From Lytechinus pictus (taxonomy: Eukaryota): a stretch of 64,000 nucleotides of DNA. Below the pieces are notes generated by a model. It made no database searches and had not been told where the DNA came from. It saw only the letters and a program-made list of their open reading frames with translations. The number at the start of each line of letters is the position of its first letter. The stretch's first letter is position 1. Positions 51,961 to 64,000 of the stretch are shown piece by piece. Made by a program: the position numbers and the translations under genes. The stretch lies in contig NC_087250.1 of NCBI RefSeq assembly GCF_037042905.1, positions 14,138,001 through 14,202,000 of the forward strand, read 5' to 3'.

Positions 51961-52387
51961 GTATATATATATATATATAAGTTCAAATGAAAAAGAAATT
52001 AAGGTAAATATATACATTTTAAGGAAATTACAAGTTAAAAGAAGTTCAAATGAAAAAAAAATTCAGGTAAATAAATAAATTTGTAAATGAAATTCGAGAG
52101 CATAATTCGAACATTATGGCAGAAATAATGAAAAGATTAAAAGGAAGTCTGCTGATTAGCCAAAAGTCTAATCATCAAATTTCTAATTTCTGCCATTTTG
52201 GCGCAAGCCTCTTTTGGAACCCCCGACAAAGACGTCCTGTGTTCGCTCAAACATGAACAAAATTTATTTTTTAAAATGGCATTTCAAAGATAAGATCTCA
52301 GAGCATCTATTAACATCAAAATATAAATATAATGATTTGAAACAATTTTTTATAGACTTTTCAAAACTGTCCCTTTTTTTATACGCA

Positions 52388-52482
<95 letters not shown>

Positions 52483-52572
52483 TTAGATATATATTAGATG
52501 TGTAGATGCCGATGACTGTGCAAAGTGCTCAATGCTATATATAGCAGAGCATATAATCATACCCGTTGAAAC

Positions 52573-52623
52573 ATCTGCTACCGGCGGTTTCACGACCGAA
52601 CTTCAGGCGATCTTCAGGCAGAC
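52573..52623 (-). ncRNA. Type I hammerhead ribozyme motif, intact core
   Basis: GTCTGC-CTGAAGA-TCGCCTGAAGTTCGGTCGT-GAAACCGCCGGTA-GCAGAT: 6-bp stem I, stem III ACC/GGT, GUA cleavage triplet. Confidence 0.7.
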
Positions 52624-53161
52624 TGACGTTATTTTAATAATGAAAGCCCACAAACAAAAAGTCATCAAACAATCAAACCCACGGGCGGAAGATAAACCAA
52701 AATTAACTTACGGCCAAAAAAAACCCAATGTCCATTACAAGGAAAGTGTATGCAGGCGGCTCTAGTATACAAAGCGAAGATCCGACATGGCAACGAAGAG
52801 AAACACTACTTCGGGCTTGCAGGGGGACATTCAAAGATAGATATAGAAACCACATCAAATCAATTAAGCATAAAAGATACCGGAACGAAACTCAAGTCTC
52901 AAAATACATATGGAATCTGAAGGAAAAGAACATTGAATCTATGCTAACTAGGGACATCGAAAACAAGTCAAATCTAAACAAAAGAAAAGGTGGCTTGTGC
53001 AATTTTTGCCTGGAGGAAAAAGTATCCATCATTACGAACAGAAACTCACTAAACAAAAGGTCGGAACTGATTTTAAAGTGCAGACACCGAACGAGACCAA
53101 ACCAGAAACCACCGAAACGTCAAATTGACCCGCCACACCACACAAATAGCCAATACCGTCA

Positions 53162-53212
53162 GTCTGCCTCAAGATCGCCTCAAGTTCAGGCGTGAAACCG
53201 CCGGTAGCAGAC
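53162..53212 (+). ncRNA. Type I hammerhead motif with mutated core (CTCAAGA)
   Basis: GTCTGC-CTCAAGA-TCGCCTCAAGTTCAGGCGT-GAAACCGCCGGTA-GCAGAC. Confidence 0.6.
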
Positions 53213-54457
53213 GTTTCAGCAGGCTAGATATGATATATATATATATATATATATACATGTATTGCATGAAAATAACCAGAAATTTTTCAATTTTGTTCAT
53301 ATTTTATTTGTGAACAGTGTAAAGAACGATGGCTAATTTGTATGGAATACATGGAGGTTTCATAATTTCACTCTGAAATAATGAAGGTCATGATGAATGT
53401 ATTTAGGGGTCAAGGGCAATGAACCCTTTCAACAACATCAGTAGGAATTAATTACAAGGTTAAGAACTTGATTGTGGCATGGATGTATAGTGATTCTGAT
53501 GTAAACATGACGAAACTGCATGCAGATTTGAGCACAAAATGAAAAGTTGAATCCTTGAACAATTATGCTGTCAAAATCATGGTGATATTCAGATCAAATA
53601 ACACTTCTTTTTATATTTTGCGATGCATTGCCATAAACAATAAAACAAATCGGGTATATATTTCAAGTAGCAGCATTTAATGCATCATATAAATCTAAAA
53701 TCAAGGTAGTCATGTCTTTTTCTGTCCGGCAATCGATCACTCATCTCAATGCTATAATAAATACTATTAACTAACAGCTTAATCGTCTGAAAATGGATAG
53801 GATAGGGTCAACTCTCATTTCACAGCTAACATCATCTGAGAGCATTTCCAAACAGCAGAGGTATGATGAATATGAAAAGAAGGTCATCATTACAGTTGCA
53901 ACTTTTGTCATGGAATGGCAATAAGTGTCGGACATTATGTATCTCAACTTTACCAAAGATGAAATCCCTTTCTTGAAAGAAATCACCTCTAATTACGAGC
54001 TGCCAGAAGCTAATGCTGTAGGACAAAGCATCATATCTGCTGTCCGCCCTTATAATTATTATTATAATAATAATATTGAACAAGACATACGACACACCGT
54101 CGGCTGATTTGTTCGCAAGTCTTAAATGGATGACACTAGACAAACGATTTGAGCTCAGTCGCGTTTTGATGATATATAAATGTGTTCATAATTTAGCACC
54201 TTCTTACCTTCAGGTAAACTTAACCAATCCAAATGATGTACATGAACATCATACCAGACAGAGAGACAGTGGATATTTACGCGTGCCCAAGTTTCGCAAT
54301 GATTGTTATAAGTGTAGTCCAATTGTATCTTCAATATTTGAATGGAATAAGCTTGATAATTCAATTAGAACAGCTCATTCTGTCATTTCATTTCAGAGAA
54401 TGTTTAGAAGAAATTGTAATTTATAAATAACTTGCGGAACATCCACTGTTGTGCGTA

Positions 54458-56842
54458 CATGGGTGTCGATCACGGGGGGGGGGGGATGGGGGGATATATC
54501 CCCCCCAATATTTCAAGTGGGGGGGTGGCCTGTATTATCATCCCCCCCCCCAATAATTTAGGGTAGAAAATTTATAATAATGATGATGAAAAAATGTAAA
54601 GGTTTGATCATGATGATTATAGTGATGATTATAGTATGCCATCAATCAGTTTGTTTCCCTCGCAATTTTTGTATATTGTTATTAAATAAAAACATTCTTT
54701 TCCAGGACTTTTAAACAGATGGGTGGAGGTTCAAGATGAAAAAGAATGAAATGTTTACGTCTATGATATTTTTTAACACATGATATAAAAGGACCCCGAC
54801 GAAAAACAACTTTTGTTGATAGGGTGTTCCATCCCACCAGTGGTAATATGCTCATATTTTTACAATCTTTTAATAAGTGAAATCAATTAATGGTTTCAGA
54901 TAGAATAATCATTAATTTCTCTCTAAAGCGTTTCTTCGGATATGAACATCGGATTTTTTTTCCCATGTTATTCTTGTTATTGTTATGGAATTGAATATCT
55001 AAACTTAGTTGGCTCTTTCTTATTTTGGCAAAAAGAAATCTCTTTTGAGTTTGGAAAGGGATGACAGTTTTGCATTCTATAATATGAGCACACTCATGCG
55101 GTACGTAAATTTCATTTTAACACATATATTAGTTGATATTACACACTGATGGTTCAAGAAAATGTTGGAGAAATATCATAACATGAGAGTTGAGTTTTGA
55201 TTGTTTTTATGTTTGTTTTTGTTTTATGCACTTATAAAGCATTTAAAACATGTTAAAATTCAGGGTTAAAATCGTCTAAGGAATGACGGTAAGCCCGATG
55301 GCGCACGAGAAGCCACACAGTTTGTAATTTGTGCTAGTCTTAATTTGTCCGAATCTGCATTTTATCATCATGCATTATTAAAGAAGAAAAAAGATATCGC
55401 CAGTCGGGTTAGATTTAAGAGAGAAGTTGTATACATCATGTCCAATAAACAGATCACTTTGTACATGGTCCAGACAAATTTAGTCATTTTTTTCTTTCGT
55501 ATGAGTTTAGAATAGGCTTACTTGTAACACAAATTGAATTTTCAAAAAAAAATCATAAGTACAGTACACTGCAATAATGAAAGAATTTCCAAGAACACAG
55601 TGGCGTAACTATGGGGGGGCATGGGGGCACGTGCCCCCCAATCGGCTGGCCAAAAAAAAACGGGGAAGAGGAGAAAGGAAGAGAAACGTAGTGGGACTGA
55701 AGAAATTATTGTTCATTATAATGTTATATTATAATAATGTTATGTTATAATATATAAGAAACATTTTTTCATAACATTATTTTGCTCAGGCCTAGATTTC
55801 TTCATTGTTCCCGGTACTCGCATTGTCTGTTTAACGTTTTTAAGTCAATATACACCAAATATATTTCCTCGCACTTCGACTTATTATTGTTTTATGTAGT
55901 GACATATGGTTCTTTTTCATGACTACTTAAAGTGATTGCCCCATCTTAAGGTGTTAATATAAAACATTTCCTGTCCGTGCTTACGTTCGCACTAGTAGAT
56001 TGGTGAGATATGACTGCTCTTCATGAATTTCTAAAAATCAGTCCTTAAAATGTCCCTTTTTCTGATCTGAATATCAAACATTTTCGATCGCATCATTTGT
56101 TTAGTGAAATACGTATCGTATGGTCTTAGTGAATTCTTACAAACAGGCCTTAGAATGCCTCTCTTTAGGTCTGAATATCCTAAATTTTCAGTTCGCGCTT
56201 CGCGCTCGCAATATTTGATGAGTGAGATGCGTATTATCATGATTACAATGACTACAAAAAGTGCTTCATGTGTTTAGATGTAGCAAAATCAGCAAGCGCT
56301 ATGCACTCGCATTAGATGACTATGGTGAGATATATATATTCTTAATGGATTCCTAAAATATAGTCCTTAACATGTCCTTGTTTGGGGTAAATATTTACAA
56401 AAATTTCAGCTCGCGCTTCGCGCTCGCATTGTTTGTTTAGCGAGACAGGTATGTATCATGATTACAAAAATTTGCTTATAATGTCCTTTTTTGGTCTGCA
56501 TATCAAAAATTTTCAGCTCGCGCTTCGCGCTCGCATTATTTGGGCAGTGAAATACATATCCGTTTAATGGCACTGTCCTTAAAATGTCCCTATTAGGTCA
56601 GTATACCTGGCAACTGAGCGCGCTTCGCGCGCTCACTAAGTGACTCAAAAATGTTGCTGGTACCCCCCCCCCCCAATGCCGTGACTCACGGTACGCCACT
56701 GCAAGAACACCGTGCATATCAACCACTCCCAAATGTCCTAACTTGTGATTTTAGTGGGGGTAATGTTGAAAGATCCCCATCCACAAGAACATTTGTGTCA
56801 ATCACCCCCCCCCCCAACCAAGAATACCGATCGACACCCATG
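54458..56842. mobile_element. hAT-type element with 8-bp TSD
   Basis: CATGGGTGTCGATC...GATCGACACCCATG; TGTGCGTA at 54450-54457 and 56843-56850. Confidence 0.92.
55598..56701. mobile_element. hAT-type element nested in 54458-56842, 8-bp TSD
   Basis: CAGTGGCGTA...TACGCCACTG; CAAGAACA at 55590-55597 and 56702-56709. Confidence 0.92.
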
Positions 56843-57791
56843 TGTGCGTATTTTGTGTTAGCATGACCTTGATGATTTGGTGTATATTATCAGTAATTTC
56901 AAGATGTCGCTCTTAGTTAATTTGATTTATTGATATTTGATTATATGTCAAACGAGTGCCCGTCTGCGTTTTGTTCGCTGCTAAGTTTGTTAATGTTTCG
57001 TTTTACATTCAAATCCTAATGTGAATCTTAATGCCGTTACATTCTGTACATACGTTATGCATTGTGTAAATATGTTTATTGTAATTTAGGGCCCCATGGA
57101 AGACCACTACTTATTGGTGAATGGGCTGCCCTGTCAAAATATCAGAAATAAATAAATAAATAAATAAAAGATCACCCAAGATGTTAGTTTTGTGTTCATT
57201 TTTCATGCAGGCCAGCATTTAGATATGTATTGTATCATGTGTAGTTTTCACATCAGAATCACTATAGCTACTTGCCACAATCTAATTATCAACCTATTTA
57301 CTTAAATTCTCCTGACGTTATTGAAATAGTTCTAACTCCTAAATACATTTTCCATGACCTTCATTCATCTTCATTTCAGAGTGAAATTATCAAACACCCA
57401 GGTTTTCATTACAAATAGCCATCTTTCTTTATATTATTAACAAATAAATGTGAACATAAAGGATTTTTTTTTTTTTTGGGGGGGGCTTTTGCATGTATAT
57501 ATGAATAGATCTTTGTTAACTTTTGAACTTTGAGTTCGGATTTCAACGGTGAATGATGTGCCTTTTATCTTCTTGTTAAACTATTCGTGCAATTTGACAC
57601 CAAGATTATCAACATGCATCGTTTTATCTCACAGATACCATTATACGGTATATATGTTTAAAAGGTCATTGACCTTTGACCTTGAACTTTATTGGTGAAT
57701 ATGCATTCTATGGTGCTTAATTTTACTTTATTTGATCTCCGTGTAAGAATCTGTGCATTTTGACACCAAGATCACCATTATACAGTATGGC

Positions 57792-57819
<28 letters not shown>

Positions 57820-57823
<4 letters not shown>

Positions 57824-58642
57824 ACTACTCAAAAAAAGTTTGGAATCTGACTTTGATCGATAATCCCTCCTCGGTTTTAGTAAATATCAATGAACAGATC
57901 ATTTAATTATCTTTAAAATGATACCCTACATGATATGATTATGGTTCACATGGAGGTACAGTGCCTTGGAATGGGGGGCAAGGTCAAAATTCAAAAGTTG
58001 CAAAATGACACAATATTGAAAGTCACTGTTCTTTTTCCCGTGGTGATGAGTGAGTTTCTCGGTGGTTTCTTTTAATTGTTTTCATGCACCTTAATATCAA
58101 CATTAATATGCAATCAAACACACCTTTGCACAAGCAAACACATAAGAAACAAACAAACATGCATGGGTATTTCAAACCACGATAAGCAAGCCTTAGTGAA
58201 CAGTGTCATCAAGCTTTTCTTATGGTCTCTGGATTTGTGATAATATTGTTCTTTTCGCATTTTACATCATCACTGCTTTCTACATGTTCGACTTAAGAAT
58301 CTATTTGGTCAGCTTTGGTGTTGATTGCTTTCATTAGTTATATCTGTGAAAGGAAAAAATCAGTGTCTTCAAGACAAGTACTTTGCTGTTGTTGGCATCA
58401 ATTTTCATCTAGAGTCCCATTCATAGAATTTTGTGTACTTTCTGACATTCCATGATGCCTAGCGGTACAAGGAAAAGTAAAATGCCAAGGAAATTATTGC
58501 CTAGCAGCAGTACTGTAGTAAACCACAAGGCCAAACACCATCGCAGAGGCAGCCTTTTATTGCCCACCCAGGAATTGACAGAGCAGTTGAGCGGGAGAGG
58601 GGAATGGAACCTGAGGGAGACCAGGCCATGTCTCGCACTATG
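57820..58642 (+). mobile_element. Possible decayed Tc1-like element left end
   Basis: ACTACTCAAAAAAAGTTTGGAATC directly after a (TA)n tract resembles Tc1-type CACTGCTCAAAAAAA termini. No intact transposase. Confidence 0.35.
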
Positions 58643-59454
58643 TAGTCCAGATTGGACCTTGTTGTTTGGAAGTGCCTTTTCCCAAAGCTAACATAGAGGG
58701 CACATGTCTCCCAATCTCTAATCAGCGCCAATCCACTCATCTTCCCTCCCCAACAAGGTCCAGTACAAAACTTTGCTGTACCAGAAAAGCTAGGCATCAA
58801 TCAAACAAGTTACACGGTAGGGGGTCAGGTGCCCTAGTCTCACACACCAAACAAGACACATTTTTACCCGAAACAACTTCACCTCAAACAGGGTGAAAAA
58901 TGTAAAGTTGTTTTTTCTTTTTACACTGTAAACATAAGGCTCCGTGTTCATGCACTTAAAAAATATCTATTCATCGCCTTCCTCTCTCGCCAAATGATTC
59001 CACCCATGAACCAAGTATCAAAGTTTGAATAAGTAGACTACACCAGTCACAAGGAGGCAACAGCTGGTAAACATCTCTGGCTCAGGCAGCGATCAACGGA
59101 TCCTGGCCCCCACCCCCATCGTGGTCAATGGGCAGTGGAGGGTCAGGGGAAACCAGACCAGTGGCCTACAGGTACGACTAGTCTCTTGTACCAAACTTTT
59201 GCCTCCACTCAAATACAAGTTTACCCCCAAGGACGATGAAAATACACAGATGTGACCGATGTTCTACAGAATAGACATATACCGCCATGATAATTTGATA
59301 TTCACATTTTGTTCTATTGAAATGTTTTTTCTCTTACCCAATGATTTCATCCGTGGAATAAGTATTACAGCTTATAAGACTAGACTACGAAAACCAGGAC
59401 CCTGTTGCTTCCATGAAATGACCTCCTGACCTCCATGATAAGGGGCAGTCAGTG
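58643..59454 (+). repeat. Third copy of the long TIR (equals 25591-26403)
   Basis: Similarity begins exactly at TAGTCCAGATTGGACC and is near-identical for ~810 bp. Confidence 0.92.
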
Positions 59455-59519
59455 TAATGCAATAGCATAGAGCTAAGTTGTTTCAAATGTATTGATGAGT
59501 TTGTTACTCCATAATTGGA

Positions 59520-59700
59520 TACGGGTTACTTCCAATTCGTCTAATGCCTATTCGTCCATTTGCAAACTGTCTATTTGATCTACCATCAGTTCGTCCTCTC
59601 ACCACATGGTCTACTTTAATCTAGTTTAATGTCATTTCGTCTAATGACCAGTTGGTCAATAGCAATTTAGTCCATTTACCATTTGGTCTAATTAGACTAA
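59520..59700 (+). repeat. Degenerate ~15-bp periodic array (CCATTTCGTCTAAT-like)
   Basis: ttcgtctaat, ttcgtccatt, tggtctact and ttggtctaat recur at roughly 15-16-nt spacing. Confidence 0.55.
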
Positions 59701-61419
59701 TTTTTTGTGCAAAATGAATGAAAATAAAATGGAAATTAAAGGTCAAGTCCACCTCAGAAAAATATTGATTAGAATCAATAGAGAAAAATCAGACAAGCAC
59801 AATGCTGAAAATTTTATCAAAATCGGATGTAAAATAAGAAAGTTATGACATTTAAAAGTTCGCTTACCGGTATTTTTCACAAAATAGTTATATGAACGAG
59901 TCAGTTACATCCAAATGAGAGAGTTGATGATGTCACTCACTCACTATTTCTTTTGTTTTTTATTGTTTGAATTATACAATATTTCATTTTTTTACGAAAT
60001 TGACAATTAGGACCTCCTTGCATGCCTGAACCACAAAATGTTCAAATAATGGAATTCCACGTGTTCAGGGAGGAATGAAACTTCATTTCACATGACAATG
60101 ACGAGAAAATAAATTTATTTCATATAATAAAGTACAATAGAAATAGAGAGTGAGTGATGTCATCAGTTCACTCATTTGCATACCAACCGAGATGTGCGGC
60201 ATATAACTGTTTTGTGAAATGAAGTGAAACTTAAAAATGTCATAACTTCTTATTTCACATCCGATTTTGATGATATTTTCAGTGTTATGCTTGTTGGATT
60301 TTTCTCTTTTTATTTAAATCAAGTTTTCGTTGGGATGGACTAGACTAAATCAAATGGGTTTTTTTTTCAAGAAATCGAAAATTATGAAAATTCCGGCAAG
60401 TACCAATTGTGTTCAAATTTGACAAACTTCATCCTTCCTTGAGCTATTCAATTTGATGGACAATTGTATATTAAGTTAGCAAATAGATCTAACAGTAACA
60501 GTTTAATAAAAATTGAAAATATAATTGTTATTGTTTAATATTCTAAAAATGTTGAGAAAATGTTGCAATGGTATCTTACTAATGTAACAAGTGAATGTTT
60601 CCAAAATTTGAATGTGCTTTCAAGGTGAAGTTGATCTCTACAACTTTATCCCATAAAATATTTTATCATATTCTAATCCTATCCTTATCTTAAACCTATC
60701 ATTCTGTATCTACACCTATCCACTGAAACCCGTCATTGATTCCTATATATGAGACCACTCTCCGATACCTGGCAGAATACATTTAATAACAATTTTTCTA
60801 TATATATACATGTACCTTGAAAATTTCACCAATGAATGATCTATTTAATGAATTAATGATATGTTAATCAGGCTCCATACTTTTGTGAAACTTTTAACAG
60901 GTACGTAAACATAAGATTTCACGTATATATAAGCTGAAATTTTGGTCATTCTCTGGCTAATGAATATGTCCAGATGGCCAAATGTTTTCCCAACGTTGAA
61001 TGTTTCCCAACGTTGGCATAATGTAATTGTTCGAACAACCCAGGAACAAACTACATTCCAACGTTGTACCATCGTCACAATTACTATTTTCACTGTTAAA
61101 GTCAAGATGTTGTTGTTTGATTTTTAGCGGCGCTCTCATACAAAAAAAAGTATATGCGCCAATCAAAATTATTCTATCATATAAAAAAAAAAATTATTTC
61201 ATTATTTTCAGTAGATTTGGCCTTATAATTTAAAGGACAAGTCCACCCCAACAAAAAGCTGATTGGAATAGAAAGAGAAAAATCAAACAAACATAACACT
61301 GAAAATTTCATCAAAATCGGATGTAAAATAAGAAAGTTATAACATTTTAAAGTTTCGCTTAATTTTTCAAAACAGTTATATGCACATCCTGGTCGGCATG
61401 CAAATGAGGGGACCGATGA

Positions 61420-64000
61420 CATCATCCACTCACTATTTCTTTTGTATTTTATTATATGAAATATGAAATATTTTGATTTTCTCGTCATTGTCATGTGACA
61501 TAAAGTCTCATTCCTCCCTGAACTTCCATTATTTTAACATTTTGTGGTTCAAGCAAGGGGATCCTAATTGTCGAATTCGTAAAAATTGAAATATTGTATT
61601 ATTCAAACAATAAAAAGCAAAAGAAATAGTGAGTGAGTGACATCATCGACTCTCTCATTTGCATATCACTGAGTTGAGCATAGAACTGGTTTGTGAAAAA
61701 TAAGCGAAACTTTAAAATGTCATAACTTTCTTATTTTACATCCGATTTTTATGAAGTTTTCAGCGTTATTCATGTTTGAGTTCTCTATTTATTCAAATCA
61801 ACCTTTTTCTGGGGTGGACTTGACCTTTAAGATTTGAGAGGTATAAGGCCGTTCATTGGATAGAAGAGATTTCGCAAGCGCACGCATGCTTTGTTACACT
61901 TAAATACAAGTAAAAAATATGGTATAACTCGAACAAAATATCAACATCATTTCGCATTTGTAAACACCAGATGAAGGCGGAAAGTGCAGTGCAATTTTTG
62001 AAATATTGTATTATTCAAACAATAAAAAGCAAAAGAAATAGTGAGTGAGTGACATCATCGACTCTCTCATTTGCGTATCACTGAGTTGAGCATAGAACTG
62101 TTTTGTGAAAAATAAGCGAAACTTTAAAATGTCATAACTTTCTTATTTTACATCCGATTTTTATGAAGTTTTCAGCGTTATTCATGTTTGAGTTCTCTAT
62201 TTATTCAAATCAACCTTTTTCTGGGGTGGACTTGACCTTTAAGATTTGAGAGGTATAAGGCCGTTCATTGGATAGAAGAGATTTCGCAAGCGCACGCAAG
62301 CTTTGTTACACTTAAATACAAGTCAAAAATATGGTATAACTCGATCAAAATATCAACATCATTTCGCATTTGTAAACACCAGATGAAAGCGGAAAGTGCA
62401 GTGCAATTTTTATAACAATAATGGTGATGTCTAAGAAGTATAAGACATGTCTTATAAATCATTAAATTTTACCAAAGTTTTAAGATAGTATTTTTTTATA
62501 TCTATTTACCGTAATTATCATGATTATAGAGATATTATAGTAAAATGTTATTTTGTTTCTTAAAATTATGATATCATAAAAACACCAAAATATGAATGTT
62601 TGTTGTACAATTCATTAGTACTTCAGGAAAACATTAGAAAACCTTTTTTTTCAAAAATGTTTAGTTATTAAAAAAATATATATATATTATCATAATTTTG
62701 TGGGAAAGTTTGTTGTCACACCCATGGCATGATAATTATTTGTGTCTTAAATGACAAGTCCACCCCATAAAAAGTTGATTTGAATAAAAAGAGAAAAAAT
62801 CCAACAAGAATAATACTGAAAAATTAAATCAAAATCAGATGCAAAATAAGAAAGTTATGACATTTTTAAGTCTCGCCTTATAATTTTCACAAAACAGTTA
62901 TATTCACATCCTGGACAGGTATGCAAATGAGGGGACTGATGACATCACTCACTATTTCTTTTGTAATTTATTATATGAAATATTGAATATTCCAATTTTA
63001 TCCCTGTTGTCCTGTGAAACAAAGTTTTGTTCCTCCCTGAACATATGGTATTAGCTTTGTTTTAAAATTTATGGTTCGATCAATTCGGTCCTTATTGTCA
63101 AATCTGTAAAAATTGAAATACATTTTATAATTCAAACAATATCATACAAAAAATGGAGAGTGAGGGACATCAACTCTCTCATTTGCATGTCTGAGTCGTG
63201 CATATAACTGTTTTGTGAAAAATAATGGAAACTTTGTAACTTTCTCATTTTACTTCAGATTTTGATGAAATTTTCACCGTTGTGCTTGTTAGAGTTTTTC
63301 GCTATTTGTAAAAATCAACAATTTTCTGGGGTGGACTTGTCCTTTAAAAATGATATCATAAAAATGTCAAAATTAGGATGTTTCTGATTCATTTTTCAAA
63401 CATTTTTTTTAAACATTGGAAAAGCTTTTCTAAAAATAAGTTTTTTTTTAATATTTGAGAAGCATAATTATAATCATGACATTTCGAGAATGATGTTTTA
63501 TGTTATAGTCATATTCTACCAACATATATTTTTTTCACATAATGTATAACATTATAAAAACGATGATAGTAAAATGAATTTATTTCTTAAAAGATCAGAT
63601 GATGTTATATCATAAATATGTATTAAAACAATATTTTCTCTCTTTTTTTAGTGAAAATACTATAAAGCAGTTTCAGTTATGACATTCTTAGAACATTTGA
63701 TGTCATTGATATGATACTAGTATTACAACCTTTTAAAACTAGCACATCAATGATGTGGAGCTCATCCAGCATCTCGCAACGATATTTAACACAATTTTAA
63801 TTTCAGCCCAGTTGACGTCACTGTAGTGAATTATATTGGTGACATAAATTGAGGATATAGAATTGAAATTGATGAAGAAATTACATAGAAGCTTTTTTGT
63901 GATCTATGAATAAATTTTATCATAAATTAGCATAAATAATTTTCTAGTCAAAATTTCTAAACTCTGTGTAGAACCTTGGTGAACCTCATGTAGCTCTCAG
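61420..64000 (+). repeat. Direct duplicate of 26640-29010, with an internal ~413-bp tandem duplication
   Basis: Colinear and near-identical from catccactcactatttc to ggtgaacctcatgtagctctcag. 61588-62000 is repeated at 62001-62410. About 235 bp present at 27260-27492 is missing here. Confidence 0.92.

Larger units (their letters stand above)
52500..53230 (+). mobile_element. Penelope-like element fragment (GIY-YIG C-terminal region) with inverted terminal repeat
   Basis: ORF 52728-53195: TFKDRYRNH..KRYRNETQVSKYIWNLKEK..CNFCLEEK..LNKRSELILKCRH. 52565-52628 is inverted at 53157-53220. Flanked by (TA)n. Confidence 0.85.
54076..57168 (+). mobile_element. 5'-truncated CR1/L2-group LINE 3' end, split by a MITE insertion
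   Basis: ORF 54076-54426 has LKWMTL..IYKCVHNLAPSYL..HHTR..WNKL..SF. The 3' UTR resumes at 56851 and ends in a stem-loop and (AAAT)n at 57147-57168. Confidence 0.85.
53265..57470. mobile_element. Old element with diverged ~280-bp inverted arms hosting a LINE and two nested MITEs
   Basis: gatggctaatttgtatgg..ataatttcactctgaaat..gaaggtcatg (53328-53393) pairs with catgaccttc..atttcagagtgaaattat..tacaaatagccatc (57353-57423). Confidence 0.55.

Noticed and set aside
50494..52486. IYIY/ININ ORFs
   Set aside because: Translations of TA microsatellites.
58452..59330. Functional Tc1 transposase
   Set aside because: Only faint, frameshifted resemblance and no intact DD34E motif; kept only as a low-confidence relic.

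Overview
AT-rich eukaryotic (animal) genomic DNA. The repeat landscape looks like a marine invertebrate, probably an echinoderm such as a sea urchin (inference, not proven). The only host gene I can support is a minus-strand SAMHD1-like dNTP triphosphohydrolase. Four internal exons (37441-37226, 18939-18848, 13799-13740, 6758-6563) splice in frame with canonical GT-AG sites; I found neither the 5' (HD-motif) exons nor the 3' exons in the window. The rest is intron-like DNA dense with mobile elements: two CR1/L2-type LINEs (one with ORF2 deleted internally in frame), a fragmented DIRS tyrosine-recombinase retrotransposon, Penelope-like fragments carrying minimal hammerhead ribozymes, foldback elements with 15-bp-periodic arms, and many MITEs with verifiable target-site duplications (TSDs). 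The most striking structure is a 6.4-kb non-coding element (25591-31985) with ~1.05-kb near-perfect inverted arms, TAG...CTA ends and a 9-bp TSD. It is nested in a 9-bp-TSD CCCGGG MITE, itself inside GC-rich DIRS-like DNA, and a probable sister copy starts at 58643 and runs off the window. All alignments were done by eye; no database searches were run.
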